From assembly GCA_048128005.1 (NCBI GenBank), contig JBEUKZ010000054.1, forward strand, positions 496,001 through 560,000: a DNA stretch of 64,000 bases. The letters are read 5' to 3'. A program made the translations under genes and the position numbers. Source of the stretch: Veleropilina oligotropha (lineage: Eukaryota). Every line of letters starts with the position of its first letter. The first letter of the stretch is position 1. The notes beneath the pieces are model-generated. The model saw only the letters and a list, made by a program, of their open reading frames with translations, was not told the origin of the DNA and did no database searches. This document shows, piece after piece, positions 26,001 through 39,500 of this stretch.

Positions 26001-29000
26001 AATGCTCTGCTAGAAAGCCCGTTTGAGCCGTTACGTAATGCTTCCATACGTAACCTTACCTACAAAACCGTATTTCTAATTGCGTTTGCGTCGGGCAAAA
26101 GGGTTTCTGAGATACACAGCTTCTCAGCAGAGCTCCGAGATATTAGATTCCAGTCGGACGGATCGGTCATATTACGTCCTATATTAGGATTTATTGCTAA
26201 AAACCAGCGGCCAGGCGATATTGCTCCGGAGGTCGTTATTCCTACGCTTTCTATTGTCGGTAGAAACGATATCGACCGACTTAATTGCCCGGTGCGCGCG
26301 CTTCGCTATTATCTGGACCGAACACGTGACTTCCGTCGAGGCAAAAAACGCTTGTTTATTTCGTATTTGCCCAATTTCACCCGCGATGTATCGAAGAATA
26401 CTATCTCGAGATGGATTTGTCGAACGGTTCAGCAGATATACTCTAATTCCAACGAAGCTGACCGCAACCTTATTGCGGTCCGTGCCCATGAAACAAGAGC
26501 GATATCGACGAGTCTGGCATTTAGACATTGTCTAAATATTACCTCCCTGCTACAAGCAGGGTATTGGCGAAATCCGAACGTGTTTGTAAAACATTATTTA
26601 CGCGATTTCTCGACTGGTGCGGATGGTTTGTCCAGTGTTCAATGTGTTGCGGCGCAACACTGCATTACCAGGACATCTAGGTTAAATACACGGTGACAGG
26701 TATTGTAAACAATTAATTGTAATTATACAGTCACTCCGCATTTATGTGCAGCTCCATTGTGTAGCTTGCTAACAATTAGTGCTGTTTTCATTGTGTTGTC
26801 TGCAGTCCAATATTTATATTTATGGACTGAGACTAAATTGTCAGATCTGAGTTCACATGACACATGCCACTCACATTGAAATTAGACATTTATAATGCTA
26901 AATCTTAAAAGGGTTTTTTTAGATTTTGATATTATTGAAGTTCATTTGCTGTTATGAGCTTACGGTGTTGCGACATTGAAAAATTTAATATCATTCAATC
27001 TTTAAATATTCTTTAAGTAACATGGGGACATGTTTGCTTTTCGCTATTTGGTCAAGCGAATTTATTATTAATATGGAATATAATATGTACGTGTATATAT
27101 TACTTATATCTATTAATAATTGCATAACTGGTTACATTCACAACCTTTTCAGGTACTGCATGTTTGTCGCAAGTTGACTGCATCTTTTGGTTACCGGCCT
27201 CGACGCCCAGGGTTTACTAAAAGCTGCTTCGGTCCATGACATCTAAGTCCTACAGGATTTATCCTCCGGCCTTGCCTGGGGCTGATTGCACTTTCGCGTC
27301 ACCTTGTCCGACTAACACCTCTGGCGTTTTTTCCCAGGTTCATTGGTCAAAATTATGTCGGGGTAAGGGTAGAATTGTAATACTCAGTAATTCCATCCTG
27401 AGCGGACGCGAGTCGGCGATACTAGCTGTCTCCATGGTGACAAGTAAGTAACTTGTTTGGGTATTAATTTCGTTAGAACTTAGCCCACCGTCCAAAGTTA
27501 TTCTGGCATAGGTAATGACGTAGAGTATATTGCTACTAATAAGAGGTTTTTAAGTAAACCTAGTATTAGTTAGAATATACTTACGTCATTACACGTCTAC
27601 CCGCCCTGCTCATGGCATTCGCATCCAACCCCTCTTGCTAAGTTCCTCTACGCACTGCAGATTCCTCTGACTTAAAAAGGATACCAGATCTGTCTTGGTC
27701 TCTGAGGTCTCGCGAGACTTGGGCAGATCTCGTGGGAGGAACGCGAGAGAGGGGAGCAGGGGGGGTAAGCGTGTAAGTTTAAAAGAAAGTGAAACGCTTT
27801 TTCACAGTTTCCGGTTTAGCGATAATAGGGCTATTATGGCATAGGTAATGACGTAAGTATATTCTAACTAATACTAGGTTTACTTAAAAACCTCTTGTCT
27901 CTTCTAGAGGTCCTGGGGGTGTCTGAGCTGTCCACCTCTGATAATGTCCTGGAGAGCGTCCAGAGCTCTGCGTGGCACATCAACACCAAGTACTACACCG
28001 CCAACATACAGCTGTGCTCCACGACGTCACGTACGATCGGGGACCGAACGTTTGCCGAATCCGTGCAGGCTTTTATTGTCTACTTTGACTCTAATCAGGT
28101 AGTGCTTTAGAGTTTAGTTTAGAATATCTGCATTTACAAATCAAGGATGGTGGTTATAATAATATATAATGTATGTATTTTGGATTCGCTACATTCTCAT
28201 AAAAAATAAAATAACAACTTCTAGGACAAGGATGAGTTTGATTAATATGATTCAAATTAAATATTTAATTATATTATTTACTTACTTTGGAACAGATTTT
28301 GAAGGTCGGCTGACATTCCAAACATACATCTAGAAGTTTTGATCATTTTTAGCTCGCCTGTTCAAAGAACAGTAGAGAATAGTAGAGAACAGTAGAGCTA
28401 TTGTCATCAGCAGCTCGTACTTCGGTGTCTCCAGTTTGTGTTAAGGAAAATGTTTAGGTGAAGTAGTTTATGTTAAGGAAAATGTTTGTGAAGTTGATCT
28501 TCTATAATCTCAAGCAATGACTTTAATTTTCAATAAGTTTATATTTAGGTCACTCCTTACTATGCTGTTAATGGTAATAGGCACATTATTGAGGTATTTT
28601 CTGGTTGAAACATACTTTATATGAACTTTGATTTTGCGTTAATGCCTCTCTCACACAGTGAAGAATATGGTGGCGAATGGGCTTACGAATGCAATTTTCC
28701 ACCAATTCGCAATGATCACAAGGTGATCGCCAGACATTCGTAGGTGTTCGTAAGCATTCGCGGTCGTTCTTGGGGTGTTGCGAATATTAGGAACATGCTC
28801 CTAAAATTCGCTAAGCTAGCATATTCTCATTGTTTTTGTAAACAATCGCAAGCCATTCTTATTGATGGCCAGGCATTTGTAGTGATCTTAAGACATTTGA
28901 AATGATTTGCTAGCATTCGTCTTGACTTTTCAACAAACTTAAAACTTTGCATTCTGATTCAAGATGAAGATGTGAAGAAGAAGTTGACCCCGCCGTGGCT

Positions 29001-32000
29001 GGCGAACAAGTGACAAAGCGAAACATTAGCAAGGGGTTTATATGCAATTCGTGACGCATCCGTTGTGTAGTCGTTTCATTCGTAAGGCGTTCGCAAGGGC
29101 ATTCGTAAGCATTCACAAAGGATTCGTAAGAAATTCGTAACCATTTGTAAGGCCTCACTTTTTTCAGTATTTATCCGGGCCAATCGTATCATTTTCGGCG
29201 AATTTGACGCGAATTTCAAATTTTTATATTCGCAAGGATATTCTTCACTGTGTGAGAGAGGAGAGAGGTGTTATGAAAATATTTAGATGATGACTGTTAA
29301 ACATTTACTTTCAGGGTAACTAGTTATATCAGATATATTCAACTTTTATTTTATTGGATGACCTAACAACCAAGTACTAATTCAAAATTAATCATGTTAC
29401 AGGAAAAGTATTTTGGGGATAAAAATGTGATTTTTTTAACTTGTTTACTTTTGCGATAAGGAAAATGTTTAGGTTAATTTATGGACTTTGATCTCAAGAA
29501 ATGACTCAATTCCCAATATGTTTATGTGTAGGTCACTCCTTACTATTCTGTTAATGGTAATATGTACATTATTGAGGTATTTTTTGGTTGAAACATGCTT
29601 TATATGAACTTTGATTTTGCGTTAAGGAAAATGTTCAGATGATGATTTTTAAACATTTCCTTTCAAGGTAAGTACATGTAGTTATATCAGATATATTCAA
29701 CTTTTTTATTGGATTATGTGAACTATACCAACTAAATACTAATTTATAAATTAAGCATGTTACTGGAAAAGTACTTTGGGGATAAAAATGTGATTTATTA
29801 ACTTGTTTACTTTGTGTTAACGTAAATGTTTACATGAATTATTTTCTGATAACAAACTATAGCAGTTATTATTGAGAAATTGGTTATGCCTGTCACTATT
29901 GAGCATGATGCAGTAACATTATTTGTATGAATATTAATATAAATGATAAATTGTAAGTTTATTTGTTTTTTTATATTTATTATGTAAATATTATGTATGC
30001 ACGATGAAAGGGACATGTGCTTATCTGTAAGACTTTATAACTGCCAATAGGCATAGTAAGCTATTAAGCTTAATGTTCACTCTGTGAAGCTGGAATTATC
30101 AAAATCGGAAATTAAATTGATTTTGAAATATGGCTTCCCATTGGTTCCTTCCAATGGTTTCTTGAAATGGTAATATTTGTTGTCATTAATTATACAAGAG
30201 AAGACTGTATACAGTGTCTAATATCACTCTGGTCAACTTGTCCGGTTTCAAATTATCAGCTAATATTTTGAAATAAATTCAAAGCAAACCAAACAAATAA
30301 TTTAAAGATAATGTAAAAAGATTGTAGCACTTTTGGATTGCATTGAAGGGTGCACCAATGGTAATTATTCCCTGACCGGTTTCAACCCATATGTGGGTCT
30401 TCATCAGAGGGGTGTCGTTGGTTCCTAAATTGTTCAGCCTTATATACTTTCGCATGTTGGTGTCACGTGATTGCCTCGTAGTCATGGTAATGGTTAATAG
30501 CCGTTTGGTATTAGCCGTTGTAATAGCCGTTGTGTATCATTACAGTGGTCCGAATAGCCGGTCGAAATAGCCGGTCAAAATAGCCGTTCAAAATAGCCGG
30601 TCGAAATAGCCGGTCAAAATAGCCGTTCAAAATAGCCGGTCGAAAATAGCCGGTCAGAATAGCCGGTTGGAATAGCCGGTCAAAATAGCCGGTCGAAATA
30701 GCCGGTCGAAATAGCCGGTCAGAATAGCCGGTCAGAATAGCCGGTGAAAATAGCCGGTCAAAATAGCCGGTCGAAATGGCCGGTCGAAATAGCCGGTCAG
30801 ACTAGCCAGTCAGAATAGCCGGTGAAAATAGCCGGTCGAAATAGCCATTCGAAATAGCCGGTCAAAATAGCCGGTCAAAATAGCCGGTCGGAATAGCCGG
30901 TCAAAATAGCCGGTCGAAATATTCGGTCAGAATAGCCGTTCAAAATAGCCGGTCGAAATAGCCGGTCAAAATAGCCGGTGAAAATAGCCAGTCGAAATGG
31001 CCGGTCGAAATAGCCGGTCAGAATAGCCGGTGAAAATAGCCAGTCAAAATAGCCGTTCGCAATAGCCGGTCAAAATAGCCGGTCGGAATAGCCGGTCAGA
31101 ATAGCCGGTCGAAATAGCCGGTCAAAATACATTAAAGATAATGTATTTCTATTATTGATCAAGTATTTTATATGTGAACACAATCAGTCAAAGGTCAGCT
31201 TATATTTTGAAAGCAGCACGTCAGGCGAGCTAAATGGTGGCATTGCGACCATCTATTTTTATAGTAATGTAATGTGTCAGGTTTTTTTAATAGAAAATTT
31301 TGCAATGCAAACAATATTTAATAGATATGAAATCAATGATGCAGACCAGATACAAATACTTTAAACACTATTTAAAGTGAAGTTAAACAACGTTGATATT
31401 GATCACTGTTAGGATGCATGACTATGTTAGGAACTGGCCTGTAGATATTTTAAAGACCTGAATGTGCTCCTTCTCAATTTCAATGTTATAAAACTTGGAG
31501 TCTGTTCTCTTATGGTAGGTCTCTAATTTTTCTTATCAATTTTGATATTCTGATGTGTTTTGCTTCCTCTAGTCCTTCAGTTTGATCGGGCGAATGTGTA
31601 TTTGTCGTACCTTCAACTCATCTTTGTCTGTCGTGAGGTATCGAGTGCCGACTCTGGCATCGATTGCGCTAATCAACAGGCGTGTGTTCGAATTTTCGCC
31701 GGGGCATTCACATTCTTTGTTCAGTTATCAATCGCAGTTGTCTGTAACTGTCCGGAGAAGGCTGGTTTCTCCGGTCGATAATATGGACATGTAGAGTATA
31801 TCCATCCCTCTTTTGTTTCTTCTAGTCATCCAGATTTTATCGAGTGAAGTCTTAGCTATCCCAAAGTTACCAGATAGATAAACGGATACCACTATTCCAT
31901 TGTTAGTATCCCTTGTGGGTACCGCATCTCAAATTCACCTCGTAGGATAGGCCAGTCTTCATTGTTGACTTGAAACAATACTCTATTTAAATTTTTCGTT

Positions 32001-33471
32001 CACTGTCAACTAAACAAAAGGTCACTGGGCGTCAGCAGCTAGACTCGGCAATTAATTTTATTAGCTGTTACAAAAACGTAGCCTTCAGGTTTTTAAAAGT
32101 TAATTTCTTATCGTAAGCCTGCACTTGCAAGCAGCTTTGAATTAAAATCACTGTTCTTTTATATTACTGCATTATAGTTTCCCTAACATGTCTAATTATT
32201 AATCAACAGTTATATAATGCCTTTTATTCCTTTCAGTTTAGCGATTTTTTGTGTCTGAAATCGGCCATGTGTCATGTTCGGTCGCCATTAATGATTATTT
32301 AAATCTAGCTTTATATTTGGGAGCACCCGTTTTGCAGATGATGTTGCATGAAGCCCAAAAAATGAAGTTTCATATAATGATTAAACTAATGCAAGTAAAT
32401 AATATTTTAAACAAATATATACAGACAAAACTAGATAATTTAATTAGATTTAATTGAGATTTGTTATACTAGACAAACTTCTCATAAAATAAAGTATATC
32501 TAATTTCAACAATTTTTATACTGTATATTTATGAAAATATTCTTTTCTATGATAAAATGTACTATATTAAAAAGGGCATACATGACATAAAATTAACTAA
32601 AAATATAAATTATTTACTTAACGGGGAAATAATAATTAGAATATTAAAAGTTAATGTTGATAACTGATATAGTAAACGATATAAATATGTTATTATAGTA
32701 ATTTACAATTTATTTGGTAGTGTGATATAACATTTAAAATTCTTCCTTCTTTTTTTAAATTACGAGATAACAGTTATTTTTACGTAATACCAGACTTGCA
32801 ATTCTGGTATCCCTGCTGGGTACCACAAATTTTAGGGAAGATCTACCCCTGTGCATGTTTAACATTACTATATGTTGGATATCGCTATTTCATTGACACG
32901 AAACTTGATGTGTGCATGCATCTTAACCCAAAGGTGTGTCGCGTACAAAAAGTAAGTCACCACAACCTACTTTTCACGATGACATGCATTTGGTCCAAAA
33001 TTCCGTTCCACTCCATATCTCCCATACTATTTGACCTAAGAACACCAAACTTGATGTGTGGATGCGTCATAACCCAAAGATGTGTTGCGTACCAAAAGTA
33101 GGTCACTGACCTACGTTCGGTTTCCACGCTTGACCGCATTCGGTCTAAAATTCCCTTCCGCTCCATATCTCGCATACTATTTGACCGAGGGACACGAAAC
33201 TTTATGTGTGCATGCTTCATATCCCAAAGGTGTGTCGGGTACCAAAATAAGGTCACTGCGACAGCCTGTCCTGGGTTAAGCACTTTTGTGAGGGCATATG
33301 ATCACTTCTGGTCATAGTTTAATTCAAATTTTGCCATGAACTGCTGCCTTTTCTCAAACATGCTATATATGCAACAATAGGCATATTTTGACATCTTCCT
33401 TTGTCAGATATCACTATTTCATTGTTATCTAACCCTAGAGTAGACATACTGAAAATAGTTTAATTGGAATT

Positions 33472-33507
<36 letters not shown>

Positions 33508-36500
33508 CCATTTTGAACTTTGCTTTTTATACAACTTTTTATATGCTTTATGTGTCTATTGCAAATGGACAATGTCATCTACTATGAATGTAGACACAAT
33601 ACTCAGGAAATATAAGTGATTGATGCACAGTTCCATGCATGGAGGCATTTCGAGCTTTAGCTTTAGCTTTAGTTTAAACAAGTACCTCACATCCATCGCA
33701 TGATATTCTGTCTACCATATCTCAAATAAGTTTGATGTCTTTTGTTTCTTCTAGGCCTTAAGTTTTTATCGCATGATATTCTGTCTACCATATCTCCATC
33801 TAACTTTGAGGTCTTTGTCTCTTCTAGTCCTCCAGCTTTGATCGCGTCAAATCCTGGCTGCCGTACCTCAGACAAAATTTGATGCCTATTGTCTTCTATG
33901 CCTCCAATTTGATCACGTCAAGTCCTGATCTCCAACTAAGGTTGATGCCTTTTGTCTTCTATGCCTCCAGTTACATCAAGTGAAGTCCTGACTTGCATAT
34001 CTCCAACTAAGGTTGATGTCTTTTGTCTCTTCTAGGCCTCCAGTTTGACGTCTTTTGATTCTTCTATTCCCCCAGTTTTGATGTTTTTTGTCTCTTCTAG
34101 GCCTCCAGTTTTGATCGTGTCAAGTCCTGGCTGCCATACCTCCGTCTCATTGAGCCGGCCATCCAGCTGCTGGTCTGTGACCAATGCTCCACCAATCACG
34201 GTGCGTAATGAGTTGTTTATAATAATATGTTTGGATTGTATTGAGGTTATCATCATATAGTATATTATTACATCTTTCTGGTTATATTGGGACATATCAT
34301 CATAGATAAAATCGACAAAACCCCAGTGGAACCCGTCCTCCACGGACTGTAATGCTTCCTGAGGAGTCGAGATGGCGTATGGAATTGAACATGCACATAA
34401 CCAGGGTTCACGTTAACATTATGAAGCCCCCTTTCAAAATTCTGGGTACTATCATGATTATAGGCCTAGTTTGATTAACATGATGTTTGTTATTTATAGA
34501 AATTGATCGACTCACGGCACAGAAGTTTTGCATTGAAAACTCGTTCGAACTAGTGGAGTTGAACCCGGAGGAAACAAGCGACAGCGAGGAAGGTACGCAA
34601 GATTCATGTTAAATAAAACAGTGAGGAAGGTATGCGAGATTCATGTTAGATAAAACAGTAAGGAAGGTACGCGAGATTCATGTTAGATAAAACAGCGAGG
34701 AAGGTACGCAAGATTCATGTTAGATAAAACAGTGAGGAACGTACGTGAGATTCATTTAGATAAAACAGCGAGGAAGGTACGCGAGATTCATGTTAGATAA
34801 AACAATGAAGAAGGTACACGAGATTCATGTTAGATAAAACAGCGAGGAAGGTACGCGAGATTCATGTTAGATAAAACAGCGAGGAAGGTACGCGAGATTC
34901 ATGTTAGATAAAACAGCGAGGAAGGTACGCGAGATTCATGTTAGATAAAACAGTGAGGAAGATACGCGAGATTCATGTTAGATAAAACAGTGAGGAAGGT
35001 ACGCAAGATTCATGTTAGATAAAACAGTGAGGAAGGTACGCAAGATTCATGTTAGATAAAACAGTGAGGAAGGTACGCGAGATTCATGTTATACAAAACA
35101 ATGAGGAAGGTACACGAGATTCATGTTAGATAAAACAGCTAGGAAGGTACGCGAGAGTCATGTTAGATAAAACAGTGAGGAAGGTACGCGAGATTCATGT
35201 TAGATAAAACAGCGAGGAAGGTACGCGAGATTCATGTTAGATAAAACAGTGAGGAAGGTACGCGAGATTCATGTTAGATAAAGCAGCAAGGAAGGTAAGA
35301 GATTAATATACCATTAGCCTGCCATGGGTTGTTCATTAAGGAGAGGACTGCATGTAATGAGTCAAGTACATGTATTGTTGTAGAATAGATTGTTCATGGT
35401 CCTATTAAAATGATGATATTATAAATCATTTTACTTACTTTTAGAACTTTTTTTGAAAACATTAAAATTCAGTTCACGCAAGAATGACCATCATGTGACC
35501 CAGGCCATTCGATAATGGTTGAAACGTCGGCATTTTACTGTTTCAAAAAAGTCCTAAAAGTAGGTAAAATATTTTATAATACATGTATTGTTGTGCAGCA
35601 CACATAGGATCAATTCTTGTAGAATAAATACCATATTAATGCAATATGAGCGTAGTTAATAATAATAAAAATATGCCTTTGTTTATTAAATTAACTTCTA
35701 TTATGAATATGTATACTTTAGACGACTTCCCTGAGACGACGGGAATCAAGAGGATAATCCAGGCTCTTGAAGCTCACACATGGCCAAATTTAGTTCTTAA
35801 AGGTATGAAGGTATCTCTAATACGAAGTTTGTGTCAGGAAATCAATATTTGTCATATACATGAATATGGCTATATAAGCAAATTGATTGTAAATTGCTTT
35901 AGTCTCTGTTAACTGCCATTACGAGATATTTTATGGAAGTAACAAGTAAGAGTATGTGCTGGTCTATATAATATAGTTCCATCCAATACATTTGCATATT
36001 TGGAGCAATCATTTGCTCTACCGGTTAGAAAAACACCTGTTTTGAATCTACCCAATCTTCAGAAGATTCCAATACAGTACCAGACTGGACCATACTGTAG
36101 GCCGCCAGCAGTCGACATCGGATGTTCCACATGACCTCCCGGTTATTCGTTGAACATATGCCTTCTTATTCTCTTAGGATGTGTGGTTGGCCTGTCTGAT
36201 GTCGACGACTGAGTCGTGATACGGTCCCTTGGGACCTACAGTAGCAATACAGTGCGAGACTGTATGTTACAAGTTGAATCTGTATCGAGTTTAATCGGTG
36301 AACATGCGTTGGTAGATGACTTTTGTTCTTCTTCGGAGTCAGTGATTGCGTATCGCAATGTTCTTGATCAACTGTCAATCGTTTGACTCGCAATGAGCGC
36401 CTTTGGGTGGTGACCCCATAGCGCTCCCCGTCATGTGTTGTCGACCCCTATTACAGGATAAGTCTACAACAGTTCAGGCAGCGGTAAGTGTTCCCGAGTG

Positions 36501-39500
36501 GAACAAAATGTTTCTTAGTTTTCCCTCTCGGGGTTAGACGTCATTGGTTCTTTGAAACCATGGCTCATATATCAAAGAAACTAAAGTGATACTAGGTATT
36601 ATCTAAATGACTATCCGCACGGAAAGCATACGGTCGAGTACCTTGGGATTCAGAAAGTGAAAATACAATTTCTCTTATTTTGATATCGCATTGGGTGTGG
36701 ACTCTTTGAGGTTATCGTGGAGACACGTCGTCCATCCGAGTTCCCAAAACCTATCTCCGTGACAGTCATGTGTTCTAGGCTGAATTCCTGAGAGGAATCA
36801 CCACTGCTGACGTCAGTTGTAATGCATCTAGAACGCTATCGCAACACTAGGTCCTATAACCAATGTACCTGTTGCAACTTATAGGCATTTACTCCGAGGC
36901 GGTTGAGACTCTGTAGTCTCGGTTTCGCCCTGGTGCTTGGCATTTTGTTGTTGAAACGAAATAGTGCCTCGCCCACGCACATTTGGATGCATGTCATTCA
37001 TTATGGTGTCTATCACTCATTTAAATGTATTGAGTGACAGGACCATCGAGAAAGCGTTTATTGACTATGGTCATTATACCTTTCATATGGGGGAGTAAGC
37101 AGTCTTGTACAAGTTGTTGTAACGATTGCTCTATTTCCTCTAATGGCGCTAAGCGGAAGACAGTTACATAAGGGTCTAAGTCAGGCGACCCTCCGTCACC
37201 TAATAACATGACTCCGCCGCCGAAGCATTCTTATGGTACAGGGAAGCAGCGCCATGCACGGTTGTTAGGTTTTGTGAGCTGGCACTCGCGTCCCTTTTCA
37301 CTGCATTAGTGATAAGGATCGTTTGCGAGTGCCGGTTAGCAGTTGGTTTTTCACCAGCAGCCACTTATGACTACCGCTGCACCTTTCGTCCACTTTATAT
37401 CACCTGTAGGATATGCGTTGATGAAAGATCAGGTCGCAGACTTCGTTGCCTAGCAAGCCCTTGTCTACATGTTTCCGATTCCCGAGCGTTAGTCCAGGTT
37501 AATGGCTGGTACTATGCACCTTTGACGAATAGCACTCGTTTTTATCAACGGGGTACTATACCTTTTAGCGTTTCCACTTGGAAACTCCAAGGTATTACTG
37601 TAAGCTATTCGGTAACGGGATTGGATGACCTATGCAGCTTTACGAAGTTCAATCTGCACGTTCCGCGTGTAGCGTAACGTCACATCGATTACTCCAGTTA
37701 AACACAAAAGGACACAACAGAAGTTCCGGACTGGTCCATTTTTGTGTTTATGAGACTTGCCTCCACAAGGAAGGTATAATTGCGTGACCCACACGTATCC
37801 ATGTGTATACCTTTACATCGGGCAGTGTAGCTACAGACCCGTTTACAGGGCTAAATGTCTGGATACGATCCTCATGTAGTCAGGCTCTTTTTGATGCCCG
37901 CTCAGCTGTTCTCACTTCGGTGACTCTGAGTGAAGTGACGCACTAGCTCGGCTCACACATGTAGTGATTATTCACCGGCGTAGGTTTTTTGTACTAAAAC
38001 TATGCACTAGTGCTAGTCAGCTGAAACTATTTGCTTCCATTTGGAAATTGCATTTATACCAGTTCCAAAGAACGATTGACACAGAGACCATTATAACGGA
38101 ATTTACCTTCCCGGAGTTTAAAAGCACTGGACTAGTACATGTCACTCACCCTGAGGTAGAGTTATTCGCGCAACATTTGCTGCCTTTGCACCTCTTGTTG
38201 CTGTCGTTCAGCATCGTATCACCCCCACCAGATGCTCTAATTTCGTAGATGTCTCTCTGGATGGTTTGTGTGATCATGCGACCAGTACATTTCGTCTGAC
38301 CATTAGTCAGTGCTACTGTCTCAACACATCAGCCTTTTAAGTCTCTGTGTTTCGAGCAAGTTTGACATTACGCTATTGTCTTGGACAAACTACTTGAATG
38401 TTATAAATTATAATAGATACCTTTGGGAGTCTGATGCTAAGCATGGGAGCTTTCGAGACCTCCCGGTCTCTTCTTCAGCCATAGTTGGTATGACTCTAGT
38501 GTTTGTTGTCCCTGTAACACTGTCTTACACAGACTGTGCACAAAGGTTACACATCTGCTTGGAGTTTACCTTAAGACTGCGACAACGATTTCCGTTCCAG
38601 ACAGAAAAGCATGTTTGTTCAACCGTTGTCACGAGGCATTGCCAGATGATTCGCACAATCGAGAAAGCTGTTCACCTTTTCTTGTACTCGATTGGTGTCT
38701 AGTTGCCTGACTAAGGAAAATTTTTCTTTTCCCCTCTGTTCTCGATTTGCCGGATTTCTTGTCGTTGTTCGAGACCAACAGCATTATTTTGTGACTATAT
38801 TATTAGTCGCGTCCGTCCTTTACTGTTCAGGCACCTCCTTAACTTTCGAGGTCCATTTATAACAGTTTTTAGCTCGACTATTCTAAAATAGTACGAGCTA
38901 TTGCAGTCACCCTGTCGTCGGCGTTGGCGTCAAACTTCAGGTTAACATTTTGCATGAAGGGTCGAGCATGCTGTCCTTCTGACAGGTCTTGTTATTATTC
39001 CTGTGTGTGCGTGCATCATTCTTTCAATAAACGCATTTTGTTAGCATACTGGTTTTTTGCGCGAACTTATAATATATGTTCGCTACCACAGTGAGTTATA
39101 CACGCTTTTTGGGCTCGACGAAGAAACTTTTATTTGGACCGTTTTTGTAGCTTTACACATGGTTCCATTAGTATTTCTCGTTAAAATTATGACCATTGGC
39201 TGTGTGCGTTAACGTCGCTTGGTCATTCAACGTCTCACTTTTTATTTTGAAAGGTTATGACTGTGAACTCGGTTTCTTTCGTGCACATAGACCTATGTTT
39301 AGCTATTATCTCAATCGTGCCGCAACTATTCGAGCAGTTTTCTATATTATGCGAGTTTCCGTGTGTCACGTGAATTTACGGTACATTTAGTTTTTGACAT
39401 GATGTTTCATTATCAAGTCAGCTTCGCTATTTTAGAATTAACTGCTGTCGCTTTCGTTAGACTTTTGCGGATTTTATTAACGTTTTATACTGTTTATTCA

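Larger units (their letters stand above)
20401..27895 (+). mobile_element. full-length DIRS1-type tyrosine-recombinase retrotransposon
   Basis: identical ~187-bp ITR cores (20420-20606 and 27669-27855), ICR, gag / RT-RNaseH-MT / YR ORFs, no TSD. Confidence 0.97.

Noticed and set aside
21826..26528. Antisense ORFs within the DIRS element
   Set aside because: Short shadow ORFs expected in GC-rich coding DNA; no recognisable motifs
23610..26696. 1028-aa ORF as a genuine novel RT-recombinase fusion
   Set aside because: RT motifs switch frame at ~24140, so the fusion is best explained by a small deletion in this copy
31330..31560. Possible CR1 LINE 3' remnant on the minus strand
   Set aside because: Only faint, frameshifted similarity by eye; not supportable without a search
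32785..33300. Dispersed repeat (inverted match at ~59105-59175) with ~140-bp internal repeats
   Set aside because: Real repeat, probably HINE-like, but ends and family could not be defined
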